DNA from: Octopus bimaculoides | Lineage: Eukaryota | DNA: 64,000 nt | Assembly (NCBI RefSeq): GCF_001194135.2 | Contig: NC_068981.1 | Coordinates: 177,006,561-177,070,560, forward strand | Direction: 5' to 3' | Shown: in pieces, positions 11,797 through 26,200 of the stretch | How positions within the stretch are numbered: position 1 is the stretch's first letter | How the letters are laid out: every line of letters begins with the position of its first letter | Position numbers and translations under genes: made by a program | Notes under the pieces: generated by a model | What the model was told of the DNA's origin: nothing | What the model saw: only the letters and a program-made list of their open reading frames with translations | The model's database searches: none

Positions 11797-13859
11797 GTGA
11801 ATGAAGTTTAAGACTATCAAACCCAACATCACTTCCATTAATATGAAACTTTGTGCTTAATTGAGAAATTATTTTTGAAAGCTTACTTAAGTAAATTTCA
11901 TCTTTTACTCTTCCTTCATCTTTAAAATGCATTGCAGGTATAAAAATTGGATCAATTCAGTGAAGAACACCTCCTCTTCTTTAAAACAAACCTTGTACAT
12001 TATCAAAAGAAATTGTTAATCATAAATGCAATGGTCAGATAGATAGAATACTGGATCCCTACTTCTTCAGCTGAGTTCAAAAATCTACTGTAGATGTTAG
12101 TTGATAGGAATGACATTTACTACTACTTCTGTAATAAATTATTATTACTATTATTGTGGCAATAACAAATTGGTTTTTAATATATGGAAGCTGCAATCAG
12201 TTTTTGCTTTCATTCGGAATTGTTTCTTTAATTCTATTATTAATGATACTGCTTGGAAAGACATTACAGTGTAAACTTCCATTTTACACCACTCATATTA
12301 ACTAAGTCTTAATGAAGAAATCATAGTCATCATCTTGTTCATTACTATTATTATTATCAATAATCTTAATTCTAACTCATGATTCACAGCATAATATATG
12401 AAGTATACAAAATATTGCCTTTGGAAGAAGGCCATTTTAAATTATAATTAATTATTTCCAGTACAGGAAATGGTTTGCTTTTGAGTTATGAAGACTTAAT
12501 TATTTAACATTACATATATTTATACTAAATAAATAGAAGAACTTATTTTTCTTTTTAAATTTGCTTCTGGTTTTAGAAATGTGTTTGCTTTTAAAAATAA
12601 TTTCCATTTTTATTTAACAAATAAATAATGGAAAATATTTTAATTGCTACATTTTACTGAGATTAAACTTAAAATATTTTGTAGTAGCTTTCACTTGATT
12701 TTCTTTCTAGTTTTCTTTTTCCTCCAATTTGTTCTTGTATGATGAAAACTGGTCTTTAGAGTTGTATGATGGATACTGTCATGCAATTTATTATAGAGGT
12801 GCTGCAATTTAACTGAAAGTGGTGGAATTGATATAATATAAAATCTATGTTCTCAAGAAGTTTTCTAGTAGCAATCTCAGTTAGTTGCAAATTACCAATA
12901 GTCAATTGTGATGTATTTATATAGTGTTACATTATTTTCTTAAAAGCTTGACTGATTAACCTAGCAGATAAAAATAATTTCCTCTTTTCAATTGTTTATG
13001 AGTAATAAATATTATGATTAATGCAATGTATTTTCATGGGAGTTTTATTTTAAAGTACAAATTTTTAAAATTATCTTTAAAATGCATTTAAGAATGAAAG
13101 ACCCTTCAATGAAATTTGTGTGTAATATTTATCACTCATCAACACTGTTAAAATTTGTATAAGTAAAAATACATAGAGAAAGGTCATTATTGATTTGTTG
13201 CTATTCTTGGAGTAAATAATTTTGATTAGATCTTACAGTAGAGGGGGGAAAAATTTTTTTTTTAATGAAATGCTGAAAGCATTAAAACCATATTTTTACA
13301 TATAAATTTAAAGAGAAAAATGTCTTTTGATAGCATTTCACTTTTGCTTACCATATTTATAAACCTTTAATATGTTGGGGTTTTTTTTCAAATATAGGTG
13401 CTAATAAATTAGGGGAACTATTTTTTTTATTTTATATTGATTTGTTGTTGCTATATAAGTACCTATATGTAAATCACACAGCAAACTGGGAGATTGAACT
13501 TCACTGCATGAACTTAAACATTATCAGGTTTGACATTGGAACTCTTTGCGTTCTGCTCGAGTTAGACTTAATTAAAAGCAACACATTATAGTATTTCATT
13601 TCAATTAAATCACTTCATTTTTCTCTTTTTTTTTTTCTTTCATAAAAAAAAAAACTGTATAGTTGAATGGGAAGATGTGGGTGGGATGCAAACGTAAATC
13701 ATTTTAGTTGAGAAAATAACTTCAAACAGTACTTTCATTAGCACTAACATTTTCAGATTTGTTTTCATGATCCTAGTCTCTTTCACTATGAAATTAAACA
13801 CAATAATTATATTTTGAAATGTTACTTCCATACTTTTACTATAATTTCTCTTTTTATTT

Positions 13860-13890
<31 letters not shown>

Positions 13891-13918
13891 TACTCTCTCT
13901 CTCTCTCTCTCTCTCTTA

Positions 13919-13952
<34 letters not shown>

Positions 13953-14677
13953 NNNNNNNNNNNNNNNNNNNNNNNNNNNNNNNNNNNNNNNNNNNNNNNN
14001 NNNNNNNNNNNNNNNNNNNNNNNNNNNNNNNNNNNNNNNNNNNNNNNNNNNNNNNNNNNNNNNNNNNNNNNNNNNNNNNNNNNNNNNNNNNNNNNNNNNN
14101 NNNNNNNNNNNNNNNNNNNNNNNNNNNNNNNNNNNNNNNNNNNNNNNNNNNNNNNNNNNNNNNNNNNNNNNNNNNNNNNNNNNNNNNNNNNNNNNNNNNN
14201 NNNNNNNNNNNNNNNNNNNNNNNNNNNNNNNNNNNNNNNNNNNNNNNNNNNNNNNNNNNNNNNNNNNNNNNNNNNNNNNNNNNNNNNNNNNNNNNNNNNN
14301 NNNNNNNNNNNNNNNNNNNNNNNNNNNNNNNNNNNNNNNNNNNNNNNNNNNNNNNNNNNNNNNNNNNNNNNNNNNNNNNNNNNNNNNNNNNNNNNNNNNN
14401 NNNNNNNNNNNNNNNNNNNNNNNNNNNNNNNNNNNNNNNNNNNNNNNNNNNNNNNNNNNNNNNNNNNNNNNNNNNNNNNNNNNNNNNNNNNNNNNNNNNN
14501 NNNNNNNNNNNNNNNNNNNNNNNNNNNNNNNNNNNNNNNNNNNNNNNNNNNNNNNNNNNNNNNNNNNNNNNNNNNNNNNNNNNNNNNNNNNNNNNNNNNN
14601 NNNNNNNNNNNNNNNNNNNNNNNNNNNNNNNNNNNNNNNNNNNNNNNNNNNNNNNNNNNNNNNNNNNNNNNNNNNNN
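13860..14677. repeat. (CT)n microsatellite running into an assembly gap (N 13953-14677)
   Basis: Directly visible. Confidence 0.97.
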
Positions 14678-14780
14678 TATATATATATTTACTTTATATC
14701 AACTAGTTTTTTTCCCTAAACGATTTTGGAAGACTCATTTTATCACACTGTGTTTATTTAACATAACATTTGACATAAAT

Positions 14781-14950
14781 TGTGCTAAGTAAAGGGACCA
14801 CTATATGATCACTCGATCTTCTAGGAATAGCTGCAAAACCTCCCTATCTTATGAAAAGGTTAATTTGATAATGTAATAAGACAGGAGGTCAGAATTGGAA
14901 AAACCTTTGGTTATGGATCTACTTGATCAAAGCTGATCTGTTATCAAACA
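14781..14950 (+). mobile_element. Old retroposon 3' tail fragment (third family; relatives at 22127-22313 and ~47150-47350)
   Basis: Shared motifs CTGC/TAG(A/G)AATA, GATAATGTA/GATAGTGTAG and GCTGATCTG..AAACA between the copies. Highly diverged. Confidence 0.45.
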
Positions 14951-17900
14951 TCTGATGTAAATGAAATGCATTTTTAAAAATGGTTTTAAAGAAATATTCA
15001 TTTTTTCTATATTGTGGATTCTTGTACGGAATTCAATAAACCTCTTTGGAGTAAAAGAAGAGGCACATATTAAAAGTGCTTTCATTAATGAATTTATGCT
15101 TGTGCACAGTATTCATTAGGGTCTCAATTAAATATTTAGGTCTTTTTTGTCAGTGCTATTTATTAGACAGCAATATGATGCTTTCTGTATCATCTGTTAT
15201 TTGTTAATCAATTTTGTAGCTTTACTCTTTGTCACTCAGCAATCAACAACTCTGCTCTATCTACAGTCTGTTAAATGAATGCACTACAGATTTATGCCAG
15301 GCACTTGGTGCTGTGTAATTTACTGAAAAACTCAACAATGCTGTTAACAGGAAAATATTGAGAAATTGCTATGACTAAATGTATGTGAAGCTGATCTTTT
15401 AACTAAAGTGTTATGTGCATACAACCCATTATAAACCTTGAGATATCACTAATCTTACTTTCTGTTCCACTTAATTTGGCACCAGAAAAGAAAGAACAAG
15501 TTTGTAGTGGAGTAGTGAAGCAAATAGAAAACTTGTACATATTTTATGATTTACCATGTTTTGATTATATTGATCTAGCTCTCATATAACAGAAATTTGT
15601 GGTACAGCATATTGTGACACAATAGTTTTAATCCTGTGAACTATAGCTTATAAATCTGCTGTAGTCATTTGTGGAGGCATATACTCTATCATAGTAATTT
15701 CCTTTGTCTATTGTACTGATTTATATAAATCTTCAATAATCTACTATACCATCTAACTATGAACACATGAGTTACGTATGTTACTTTTTGGAGTTTGTTA
15801 GCTATATTTGTCAGGTACCATGTAAGTACAGAATTTGGTGAGATCTTTGTAACCAAAATGGAGATTCCACTATATTACTTTCTATCTCATTAAACATCTA
15901 CAGGAATAGATAAGAAAAACTTGTTTGCAAGTAACAAAATAGATTTAACTTGAAACAATTGAATTAATCAACAATTAGTCACCATTGTTTTCTACAACTC
16001 CTCTTCCATGACCACCACTGTTACCACTCCAGCAAATAGCTCTTACTCTTTCCTACAACTACTATTACCAATAGTATTGGTAAAAAGCACCACAGTTGCA
16101 ATCATTTCTCACTGCTAACATCACTATCACACATAACAATAATACTGTCTAATAATACTATTTCTATTGTTGAATCCCTTCTACACTATAGTTTTTTTTC
16201 TGCTTTTCTTGTCTTTTTTTGTTTTCCTTTTAGCAATTAATATTGTTATACTTGTCTTTTAACATCATAGTTCTCTGTGATATGAATTCACTGAGTGGTT
16301 TGTATTTCTTAGTTTGAATGATTTTTCTTTGCAACTTTACATTTTTTATCCAGTGAAACTCTCAAACCTTCTTCCTCTAAAAAAAAGAAAGTTGGGGGTG
16401 GAGGATTAATATGCTATTTTTGTATTCTTTGCCTTTTTCCATTTAGTTTTAGTACTTTGAGGTTTACTTCAGTCTTTCCTGTTACTTTCAACTTCATATA
16501 TTATCTTTTATGATATTTGTAAAATTTCCTCTGATTTACTGCCTCTAAAGAGAACCTAGACAGTAGAACATCAACATAAATGCATCACAGTTTAAGCCTC
16601 TGAGATCTATGTTCAAATTCTACCAGATTAAGGCTGTGTTATATTTCTCTCTAAAATGAATATTTAATAAATAAGTACCGGAGATATACTAGGATAGTTC
16701 AAATAAAATAACTTCATTCTAGCCACTTCCTCCCGAATTATATTTTACCTAATAAAAAGAACTAATTTTTTTCCTATTTAGAATAAGAGTTATGTATGTA
16801 TTTCCTCTACTTTCAGAAATTAATATTTATAAATAAATAAATTGCCAAAGCAATTATCTGTATAAAAAGGAAAATGATAGATTTTCTTAATTGAATAGTC
16901 ACTTTGTTAAATGTTAATGTATCTCTAAAACATACAAAAGTTACACTCCCTTTTTGATTAGGAATGCTGTTAATTTATGAAATATATACTGAGAGTACAG
17001 TGAAGGGTTTTCTCTGTGGAAAACACCTGGTTCTTGAGGTGTTGTGTGCAATAAGAATCAAAAAAAATCTAGGAAATAATACTGAATCTTATTTTTGTGA
17101 TTGTTTCTTTTGTATAATATAATTTATCTTTGACATTCCAAGACTTTTTCATATCTGATATTCTTATCCTGAAGCTGCAAGTTTTTTTTCCTGTCTTTCT
17201 TTTCATTATAGTGGAATATGTTAGGGTTTTCTTTACATTGATAACGCATTTGTTATATATAATATTAAAATATTCTGCATAATTTCATAATTTTCAGTAA
17301 ACAAAGCTTAATTTATTTGACAAAATCGAAGTGTTATTAATTAGAATTAGACATAGATTAAATTGGAAAGTTTGTAGATAGGTGATATTTTAAAAAGTTT
17401 TGTCTTCTAATTGAGTGCAGTATGAATTTTAAAATCTTATACCAACAAGTTAACTCATTTATCCAGTCTATACAAGATGGACATTTATGAATTTCAGTCA
17501 GGTTCTATTCATTTGTAAAGTGTCCTACCTGTTAGAAGCTTCAAAGTATATATTCAAAGAAAAAAATTCTTTCACCATCTTAGTGCTGTGTTATTTCACA
17601 TTGTGCTTTTTATTTCAGCCTATCCCCAATCTTTAGTGAATATCTTGGATTTCATGTCCTTTGTGCATGTATTTGTTTCTAATCCAAAGAAAGAGCTACT
17701 TTCATGTACAGGTTGTTTTAGTTGTGTGCTGTCAGCAAAACAGAAGGAATATAAAGTACTTTACTCTGATATTTCTTGTACGTAGATCAAATACAAACTC
17801 CTTTTCTGTTTCACTGACTTTTTACTGTTAGCTTTGCAGTACTAGAAAAGCTACTAGTCTCTGTTGGGTATTTGATAAAAAAAGTTAGTTCTCCATTTTC

Positions 17901-19182
17901 AGCTACCAAAGAGAATACATATGTTGTACTATGATGCATCTGGTCAGGAAATTAAGATCTATTGTTTTTTCCTCGTACAAAATTGGAATGTATATGATTG
18001 TTTCCTGTGGCAGAATTAGTAGAGTAGCTTTAAGTAGAGATGATGTAGAGCAAAAGAAATTTTTCGGCTTCATTTGGTCTATAAAAATGAGGTAGACAAT
18101 AACTTGATTTTGGGATTTCTCTTTATTTTTCTTTTTTTCCTTTTTCTTTTTGCATTGTATCGATACATCAAGTTGTAAAAGAACTATCCTAAATTAATAG
18201 GTTCCAGTAAGTGAGAGAGATTGTATGTTCTGAACATTTGAGCTGATTGATCATTTTCACATTGGTATTAGTTTCATGGCGGACAAAGCTATACCATAGC
18301 AAGAGACATGCCTCTTTTTTTAAGGAAATAAAAGCAAAATTAGAAACTGAGTCCATTGTAGATGTAATATAGTTTTACATGTCCTTTTAATGTAGACTGT
18401 ATGGTGTGAGAATAAATACTGAGTAAATGTGACTGATGTAATTTGCTAATAAAATAGGGAATACATCAAGAGATATACAAACTATTAGCATCAAAAACGT
18501 ATACATGAACAGTAGACACTGAAATAAAAAGGTAAACTGAAAGCTGGAAATAATTTTTCAAAAGGACAAAAGTATTATATTTCCCCAGTATTAACAAAAA
18601 ATAAATAATTTTTTTAAAAATACTACAAAATATGAGTGGTTTTTAATGTTATAAAGTAATCAACTGTTGATCAGTTTGAAGCTATTTTTTATCTTAGATC
18701 TTACAGAAGTTTTTCTATTATATTTATCATAACCTTGAAAAGATTGAAGTATACAAATGGATTGTTAGTATGTCAAATCAAGTTTTTCTTTACCTGTACA
18801 GGTTTCTTTTATGCTTTCTGTATGATATTGCTAAGTGGTTGGAAGGCTGGATAACACTAAGTCATGTTGAATGTATTTGAAGTCTCTTAAGCCTATAGTC
18901 TTTTTACTGCACTTCATTTTTGCAATGGAAATGTCCAGTGAAGTGTTATTGAGTGCAGAGATAACTATGACAAAACAGAGTAAACATTAGGTCTTTACAA
19001 TTGTTGCACCAGGAAACAGGAGGTACAAATATTGACAATATGTGCAACGGAAGACTTAAATGGTATGATAACTACAGCCGGAAAGAATAGATTTGTAAAG
19101 GGAAATAGTATGAATAAAAATTTTTAAAAACTAATTTTAATCCAGCAATTTTTAAGATTTCTTAATAATAATGGAAGTATAA

Positions 19183-19392
19183 AGGTGGTGAGTACATCAC
19201 CTTTAGTACATCAGGCAAAATGCTTAACAACATTTTTTCTGTCTTTACATTCTGAGTTCGAATGCTGCTGGTGTTGACTCCGCTTTTCATCCTCTTGAGG
19301 TCAATAGACTAAGTACCAGTTGGGCACTGGGGTTGATCTAATCAATTTACCCATCCCCCAAATGTGTTGGCCTTGTGCTAAAATTTGGAACT
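19183..19392 (+). mobile_element. SINE family B, decayed
   Basis: CTTTACATTCTGAGTTC, CTTTTCATCCT, TAAGTACCAGTTG..CACTGGGGTTGAT, GGCCTTGTGC. Confidence 0.85.
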
Positions 19393-20506
19393 AATATTAA
19401 TGGAAGGATAATTTTCAAAAAACACAGCAAAACTAGATTGTTGACAAATTGAAAAAAATACTGTCGGTTTGAAAACGATACTGTCTAGCTTTTCATCCAT
19501 GATCTAGATATATGCACTTTTTGGTCTGACAAACTGTAATGCTGTTCTTATGTGGGCATATGCCAAAATTTTATTGGGGTTAGAATAAGATTTTGTGATA
19601 ATTACCCCTATCTCAAGGACATTACAATAGCACTGAAGTAAATTATCTTCAACCATAGATGAGACTAGATCACTAGACTCAGCTTATTGAGATCTCCATT
19701 CTTATTTTAGTGCATATTAATAATTTAGATAGTTTTATTTTAATAAGGACAGCTAATTCTTTACTCTTATTAAATTTAACAGACACTCATTTATTCCTAG
19801 GATTTGGTAGCAGAAGTTGAAATTCTTCGCTTCTGACTTAAGTTGAAGCTCCTTGCTCAATACATTGATGGATGATACCATATAAAATTCCTCTTCTATC
19901 TGTTTGCTTTTGTTTTCTTCCTTTTTTTTTATAACATTGTTTTGTTGAATGATATTGAGTTTTTTATTGTTTTCACATGAAACATTGACTATATACTTCT
20001 TAGGTCTAGAGTTAAAATCTATTCTAATTACCATCCTTTATAATCAATTTCCTTTAGTTATGCATATAAGAACATTTTTTGTAAAGGAGGGGGAATATAA
20101 CAAGTTCAGTCAAATTCCAGTGGCTTACTGGAACTAGTCTGGGTCTTTGTTATTTACATTATTTTCTACAGCCCTTTTGTATTTTCATTTACTGTTTTAC
20201 ATTTATTTTTTTTTTATGCTTGTATGGTGCAATTATTTTTACAGTTAGATGCCATTCTTCCTGGTAACCATTCAACTGTGAAGTAGGAATGAGCTTGTTT
20301 GTATTCAGTAACACTAGAGCAAGTAAAGTTTGGTACTTTGCTCAAGAGCGCAATACCGTGGCAGTGGAAAGATCTAAGCATATTACCATGTGGCTAATTG
20401 TCCAACACCTTAACATCATAGCTATTGTTCATCTGAAAATCTCAGTTCCCCTGCTGAGAATGAAACATGAGCTAAGAATAATAACAATAATAATAATAAT
20501 AATCCC

Positions 20507-20884
20507 AATCCCTTCTGCTATAGGCACAAGGCCTGAAACTTTGTGTGGGAAGGAGGCAGTCAATTACATCAACCCCAGTGTTCAACTGGTACTTATTTTA
20601 TCCACTCTGAGAGGATAAACGAGAAAGTCAACCATAAACTCAGAATATAAAGACAAATGAAATTCTGCTAAGCATCTGCTCGGCATGCTAACAGTTCTGC
20701 CAGTTCACTGCTCTCAATAATAACACTAATCCTTTCTACTAAGGGCATAAGGCCTGAAATTTGGTAGGAGGGGACTAATTACATCAATCTCAGTGTTTCA
20801 CTGGTACTTAGTTTATCAACCCTGAAAGGATGAAAGGCAAAGTCGGCCTCAGTGGAATTTGAACTCAGAACATAAAGACAGGCA
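20507..20884 (-). mobile_element. Two tandem SINE B copies (20507-20712 and 20728-20884)
   Basis: Reverse complement of the B consensus twice, with (AAT)n flanks. Confidence 0.85.
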
Positions 20885-22126
20885 AATAATAATAATTACT
20901 CATCTTTTTCTGTTGAAATGCGCTGTTTATCTGTAACCTTGATGAATTATTCAGAGATTATAAAACATATCTAAAATAAGTTATCCTGTAAGTAACATAT
21001 CTACAGTTAAATTCAAATCCTTTAGTGAAATAAAAGCTATGTACTCCAACATTTTTACTTTCAGTAAATAACTTCAGTAAACCAAATCTCATAAAGTGAA
21101 AATTCAGAGCCAAAAAGAAATATAAAAAAGCCCTGGATAACTAAACTACTATCATATACAATGTTCTTGTTGCCTTCTCTGTAAGGTTGGGTTGATCTGT
21201 AGAATTGCTTTTTCCCAACCATCCCTATTTTTGGTTTTTCCCTATACACATTCTAATATTGACCAATGTAATATGCATTCCTCTCCCTCATTTAAGGAAA
21301 GCCTAATACTATCAGATTTTCCCAAAGCTGCTTCTTGAAATGATTAATCACTTTTTCTGATGTTATCAAAAAGTTTGCTATTCTATCTCTTCTTGCTAAT
21401 CTCCATTTCTATTTGAAAACTCCCATTAAATTTTACATCTGTTTCATTTCTAATCAATTCTTACTTTCTCTCTCTCTTTTTTTTTTTTTTCTATCCATAT
21501 GTGTAGTATATAAAACCAGTGCTTGAATGTGCACAAACATTTGTGTGTGTGTGATAGAAAATGTGGTAAATACTGCTACTATAAAATCTAAGACACTCTG
21601 TCTGAAGTATGATTTATTCCCTGACTTGTTCTATGTCTAGTGATAATGTGCTGCTAAAATATGATAAAAATAATATCGATTCAAATCTTCATCACCTGAT
21701 GCCACATCAACACTGTCTTGCAATCACTTTGAAAATCATTCCAGACAAGATAACATCGTCCAGACTTATTAATTTTGTTTTTGTTTTTGGATATTTCTTT
21801 TTTAATACTTCTGGACATCTTTGTAGTCAGTATTATAGAATTTCTTCTACATCAGCATTACTGTTGTGAAAATATTATGTGCATATATCATTAGAGACAT
21901 TGTCAAAGTCTTATTACAAATTATTATGTTTATGAACTGATTGGACAAATACAGAGCAGGTGTAAATGAATAAAAACTCTGAATATCAGGTAATCTTCAG
22001 TAACGGCTGCTAAAATTCCTAAAGCACAATCTGAAAAAATCTCTTTTTTCCAGTTCTATTCAATATGTGCTAGCAAAGTTTCTACTACAACTGGTTAACA
22101 GCCAGCTTGACTAACTAGTAGTACAA

Positions 22127-22313
22127 CTGTTGTTCATTAGCTCCGGGTCAGCTCTGATTAAACAATCCCTTGATAAAAGAAATTGCAATCGTGACCATTC
22201 GAAGATATACTTTGTCTGGAAAAAAAAAAATACAAAAAAAAGAAACAAGAAAATTAGATTGTCATGGCTGCAGTATCTTTTATCAAAAGGTTGATCTGGA
22301 GCTAAACAACAAT
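22127..22313. repeat. Inverted pair of retroposon tails (arms 22127-22198 and 22258-22313)
   Basis: TTAGCTCCGGGTCA..TTGATAAAAGAAATTGCAATCGTGACCAT is imperfectly complementary to ATTGTCATGGCTGCAGTATCTTTTATCAA..TTGATCTGGAGCTAA. Confidence 0.7.
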
Positions 22314-22527
22314 ACTAATTATAACTCTTATTAACTAGACCCCAGCAGTCCTGTCAGTTTGGTTGTTAGTTGGTCAAGTTAATTGCCATACAGTTACTAT
22401 CAAATTTGCTGACAAGCAATAAAAATTCATGACAGTGATTAATTTCCGTATTTGCAGGTAATAGTTTCTCTACCTGAATAAAAAAGAAAAACAAAGAATC
22501 ACAAAGTACTGTGTTATAGATACAATT

Positions 22528-22614
22528 CATTCAAATTTACATCTGTTTTTCCATGTAAGCATGAGTTAGATGCATCCATGCATTATGGCTGAATGCCCTT
22601 CCTGTCATCAACCC
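22528..22614 (-). mobile_element. RTE-type 3' tail fragment
   Basis: TTTTCCATGTAAGCATG..ATGGCTGAATGCCCTTCCTG, the reverse complement of motifs in 60924-61113. Confidence 0.6.
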
Positions 22615-22875
22615 TTATCTGTTATTCTACAGTCTTTGAAAGCACTGAACCACCAAGACATTTGTTCACAAAATGCCAACAAACAAAGGATTTTCAGAAA
22701 AGAACAATATATCCAATCATGTACATGCACATATACAAACATACATGTGTGTTTGTTTGTGCATTCATGTGTATATGCATATATGTATATACTATGTCTG
22801 TGTATGTATGCATATATGTGTGTGTGTGTGTGTACTTATATATACAAACACACACATACACATGATACTCATGCA

Positions 22876-23083
22876 GTTTCTTATTTCTTTACTGCCCACA
22901 AGGGGCTAAACATAGAGGGGACAAACAAGGGATTAAGTCAATTACATCGACTTAATTTATCGACCCCGAAAGGATGAAAGGCAAAGTCGACCTCGGCGGA
23001 ATTTAAACTCAGAACATAGCGGCAGACGAAATACCGCTAAGCATTTCGCCCGGCGTGCTAACGTTTCTGCCAGCTCGCCGCCT
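22876..23083 (-). mobile_element. Young SINE B variant with an alternative 3' tail
   Basis: CpG-rich head and core like the 2708 copy, but the tail is CCCACAAGGGGCTAAACATAGAGGGGACAAAC instead of the usual GGCCTTGTGCC tail. Confidence 0.88.
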
Positions 23084-23084
23084 G

Positions 23085-23218
23085 ATACAATTTCTGTCAA
23101 CGAAATCACTCACAAGGCATAAATTGACCTGCAGCTATAGCAGAAGTCACTTACCCAAAGTATTGCACAATAGGACTGAGCAAAAAGTGACATGTTTGCA
23201 GAACAAACTTTTTGACCA
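23085..23218 (-). mobile_element. Old SINE A 5' half
   Basis: CACTCACAAGGC, GCTATAGCAGAAG..CACTTACCCAA. Confidence 0.6.
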
Positions 23219-26200
23219 TATACCTAAAAAAACACTGACCATATCACACAATATTTATTTTCCTTTTAATTTCATCATTTGTTACTCTAATCTTGTGAAA
23301 CCTATAATTGGTTACCAATTGATGAAAAAATAAAAAGACAAAATTCAAAGGAATCACATTGTTATATGTACCTAGATTTCTTTTTACTTAGTTTAAGAAA
23401 ACTTCTGAAACCTATCTAAATGCTGTCTGTTAAATTTTCTTTTCAAGTGGACAACATGATTACATTTGTACCTACACATACATTTCTGTAAAAATTTAGA
23501 ATGTTCTTTCGCTGAAGTCAGCTTTGTCTTTCATCTGTCCAGTGTCAGTAGACTATAGTGCTTATCAAGTACTGGAATAGATCTTATACGGACTAACCCC
23601 TCTCAAAATTACTGACCATGTACTTAAATTAGAAAGAATTATTTATTCTAATACTTATGTTGTGCGGTAGGGAGAAATTTCTTGTAAAAAGAGGGTTTGT
23701 ACAGGAATTTTTTCTCTTTACTTGATTTATGTAACTTTAACATTCTTATAGAAATACGTGTGCCATTTCTCTTGGCTTTAATTCTGAAAAATAAAGAATA
23801 TAAGAATATTAAATCATCCTTGATTTTTCAAAACTCTATTATTTTTGTGTGTTAAACATTGATAATATCAATGCTACAAAATTGGGAAACTAGGGTTTTA
23901 TAAATATGTAATTTTGTTATATTTTCTTTTATATGAATATTCTGAAGTAAACTGTTTGAAAGACTCTAAAGCGATGTTCATGTTGTGTTGACAAAGTTAG
24001 GACATCTATTTTGTATAAGAAACAACTTCACTTTGTTTTAGAGAACTACTCACTAATCACATATTTGACATTGCCCAATATCATCACCTACCAACAATTT
24101 CATTATGAATATACCACTTTTCTTTTATTTCCATCCACTTCTTTTTTATTAGTTCATTAATGGCTTTGACTACTACAAATTTATGGCTACATTCTAACCA
24201 CTAGCCTTGTTCTATTTACCATCTTGTACTCTTCATGTTGGCTTTTTTCCAAGATGCCATACTTGATATTTTTATAAGCCCCATTGCCTTAGAATCCTTC
24301 CTGCCCGTACATTCATTCATCTAAAATATTAATTTCACTGACATCAGCCAGCCATCCTATCTTGCTGTATCTGCTGCATTTTCCTTTGTTAGTATTGAAG
24401 TCCCTTCCATCTTTTCATAGGAATCGGAAACAATATACAATAGAATAACCCTTGTTCTTTGTAATTAAACTTAGGTTTTATTCATAAAGATTGATACTTT
24501 TCTTCTTAAGGCAAAGATTTTCTTTTTAAGTAAAAATCAGCAAATTCAACTAGATATTTATTACTTCAAAGAGCCAAATCAACAGAATTTAAACTTAGAA
24601 ATATACAGAGCATCAATTTAGATACATTTGTACCATTTTTTAAAAAGTCTTTATGTTTATTCCTGTGGCTTGTATTTATTTGTAACTCTAACACCTATAT
24701 TCATAGAAATGTAGCATAATAAATTAAACTTGATTTTAAATTGTTTATGCAAACACCAAGTAATGTAAAGTTAATTTTTTTTTTTTAATGCTAACATCTG
24801 TTTAATGGCATATTTATATTAATTAGCCAGAGAACTTCAAATGTATGTCAGCTTCCATTTAGACAGTAATTCATAAATGAATTATATCCTGGCCATTAAT
24901 AATGAACTATTAAATGACACAGAAAACTTCTTTTTGTAGTTGATAGGTATTTTAACAAAGTATTTGATAAAATTAAAAAAATGTATCTTTCCTTCAAAGC
25001 ATTTAACCATGAGTCTTTTGATCCTTTAGCAAGCTGTTTATTTTTAATCAAGTTAACTGGTTATTTGGTTTTCTTGTACAAAAAGAAAACAAAAATTGTA
25101 AACATTTGCGTATGTGCATGTGGGTGTTATTTTTACACTTGAAGATTTTACATTTTCTCAGCTACTGAGTATGAAAAAAAACCATATAGTGAATCCCATT
25201 AAAATTAACTTAGTTGTTTAGTAAGTTTGATTTATTTATCTATTTTGTTCGCTCATATCCTATCATGTATGACCTATTTCCACATTCTGTTGGCAATCCT
25301 GACATACCATTTGGTAGTCCTTGCTATTGTTATTCATTTATCTTTGCGATCTATCAAAAACTCAAATAACTCTTAGTTCACCGAATAAAACTTTTTAATA
25401 CATCAATTTTGAACATTTTCTTGAGTTCCTTTTAACCTCATTCTCATTAATTTGACTTCATTTTCTTTTCCTTTTCTTTCAGCCTGTGTGTGTGCACATA
25501 CTTATTTAGTCTTTCTCTGGCCAATTTTCTTCTCTTTTAACTTGGTATGCCTTAAATGGCATTTACAAATTGTTTTTTAAGTTGGGATAATTTGTCTTTG
25601 TAGTTAAGTCACTATAGCTATTACCTTTCTTAACTTTGGTGAACTTTTCTATCCCAGAACTGGAGCGATATGTTATTTGAATGACTCCCTTTGTTTCAAA
25701 GAGGATTCTCTTGTTTTCTTCTGCTTTAATTCTTCCAAGTTGGTAGTGGTGCTGGTGGTGGTGGTAGTGTGGTGAGTCTATGCTGCTGTTTTATTTATTT
25801 ATTGTTATACTGTCTTTTTGCCTGGATTTAGAAGTCTGCAGTTTTAGTTTTATTTTTCTTTAAAGTATCTGAATTTGATGGCAAACAGAAAAAAATTAAG
25901 TGGATTAAAAGAATGCCTGCTAGAGAAGCTTTAAAAAATAACAAACAACCCCACCTTTCCCTAAGAATATTAAGCAGACTTTTAATTAGTATTAGTAAAA
26001 TGTGTATTAAAAGTCTTAGGTTTTGTTACAGTTATTATTAAAACATAAGAATTGCCATAAACAAAAGAGCAGCCACTAAATGTTTTACTGTTTATGCATC
26101 TTGATTCTGTATTCAAGTGTGCTTCTAGAGGTTGATAAAATAAGTTGATTCAGTTCACTAAACATCAAAGGCCTTGTGTTATGGGCAAAGATATTGTTGT

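Noticed and set aside
19753-20034. 93-aa K/N/E-rich minus-strand ORF
   Set aside because: The composition follows from T-rich intron sequence. No motif or splice support recognised.
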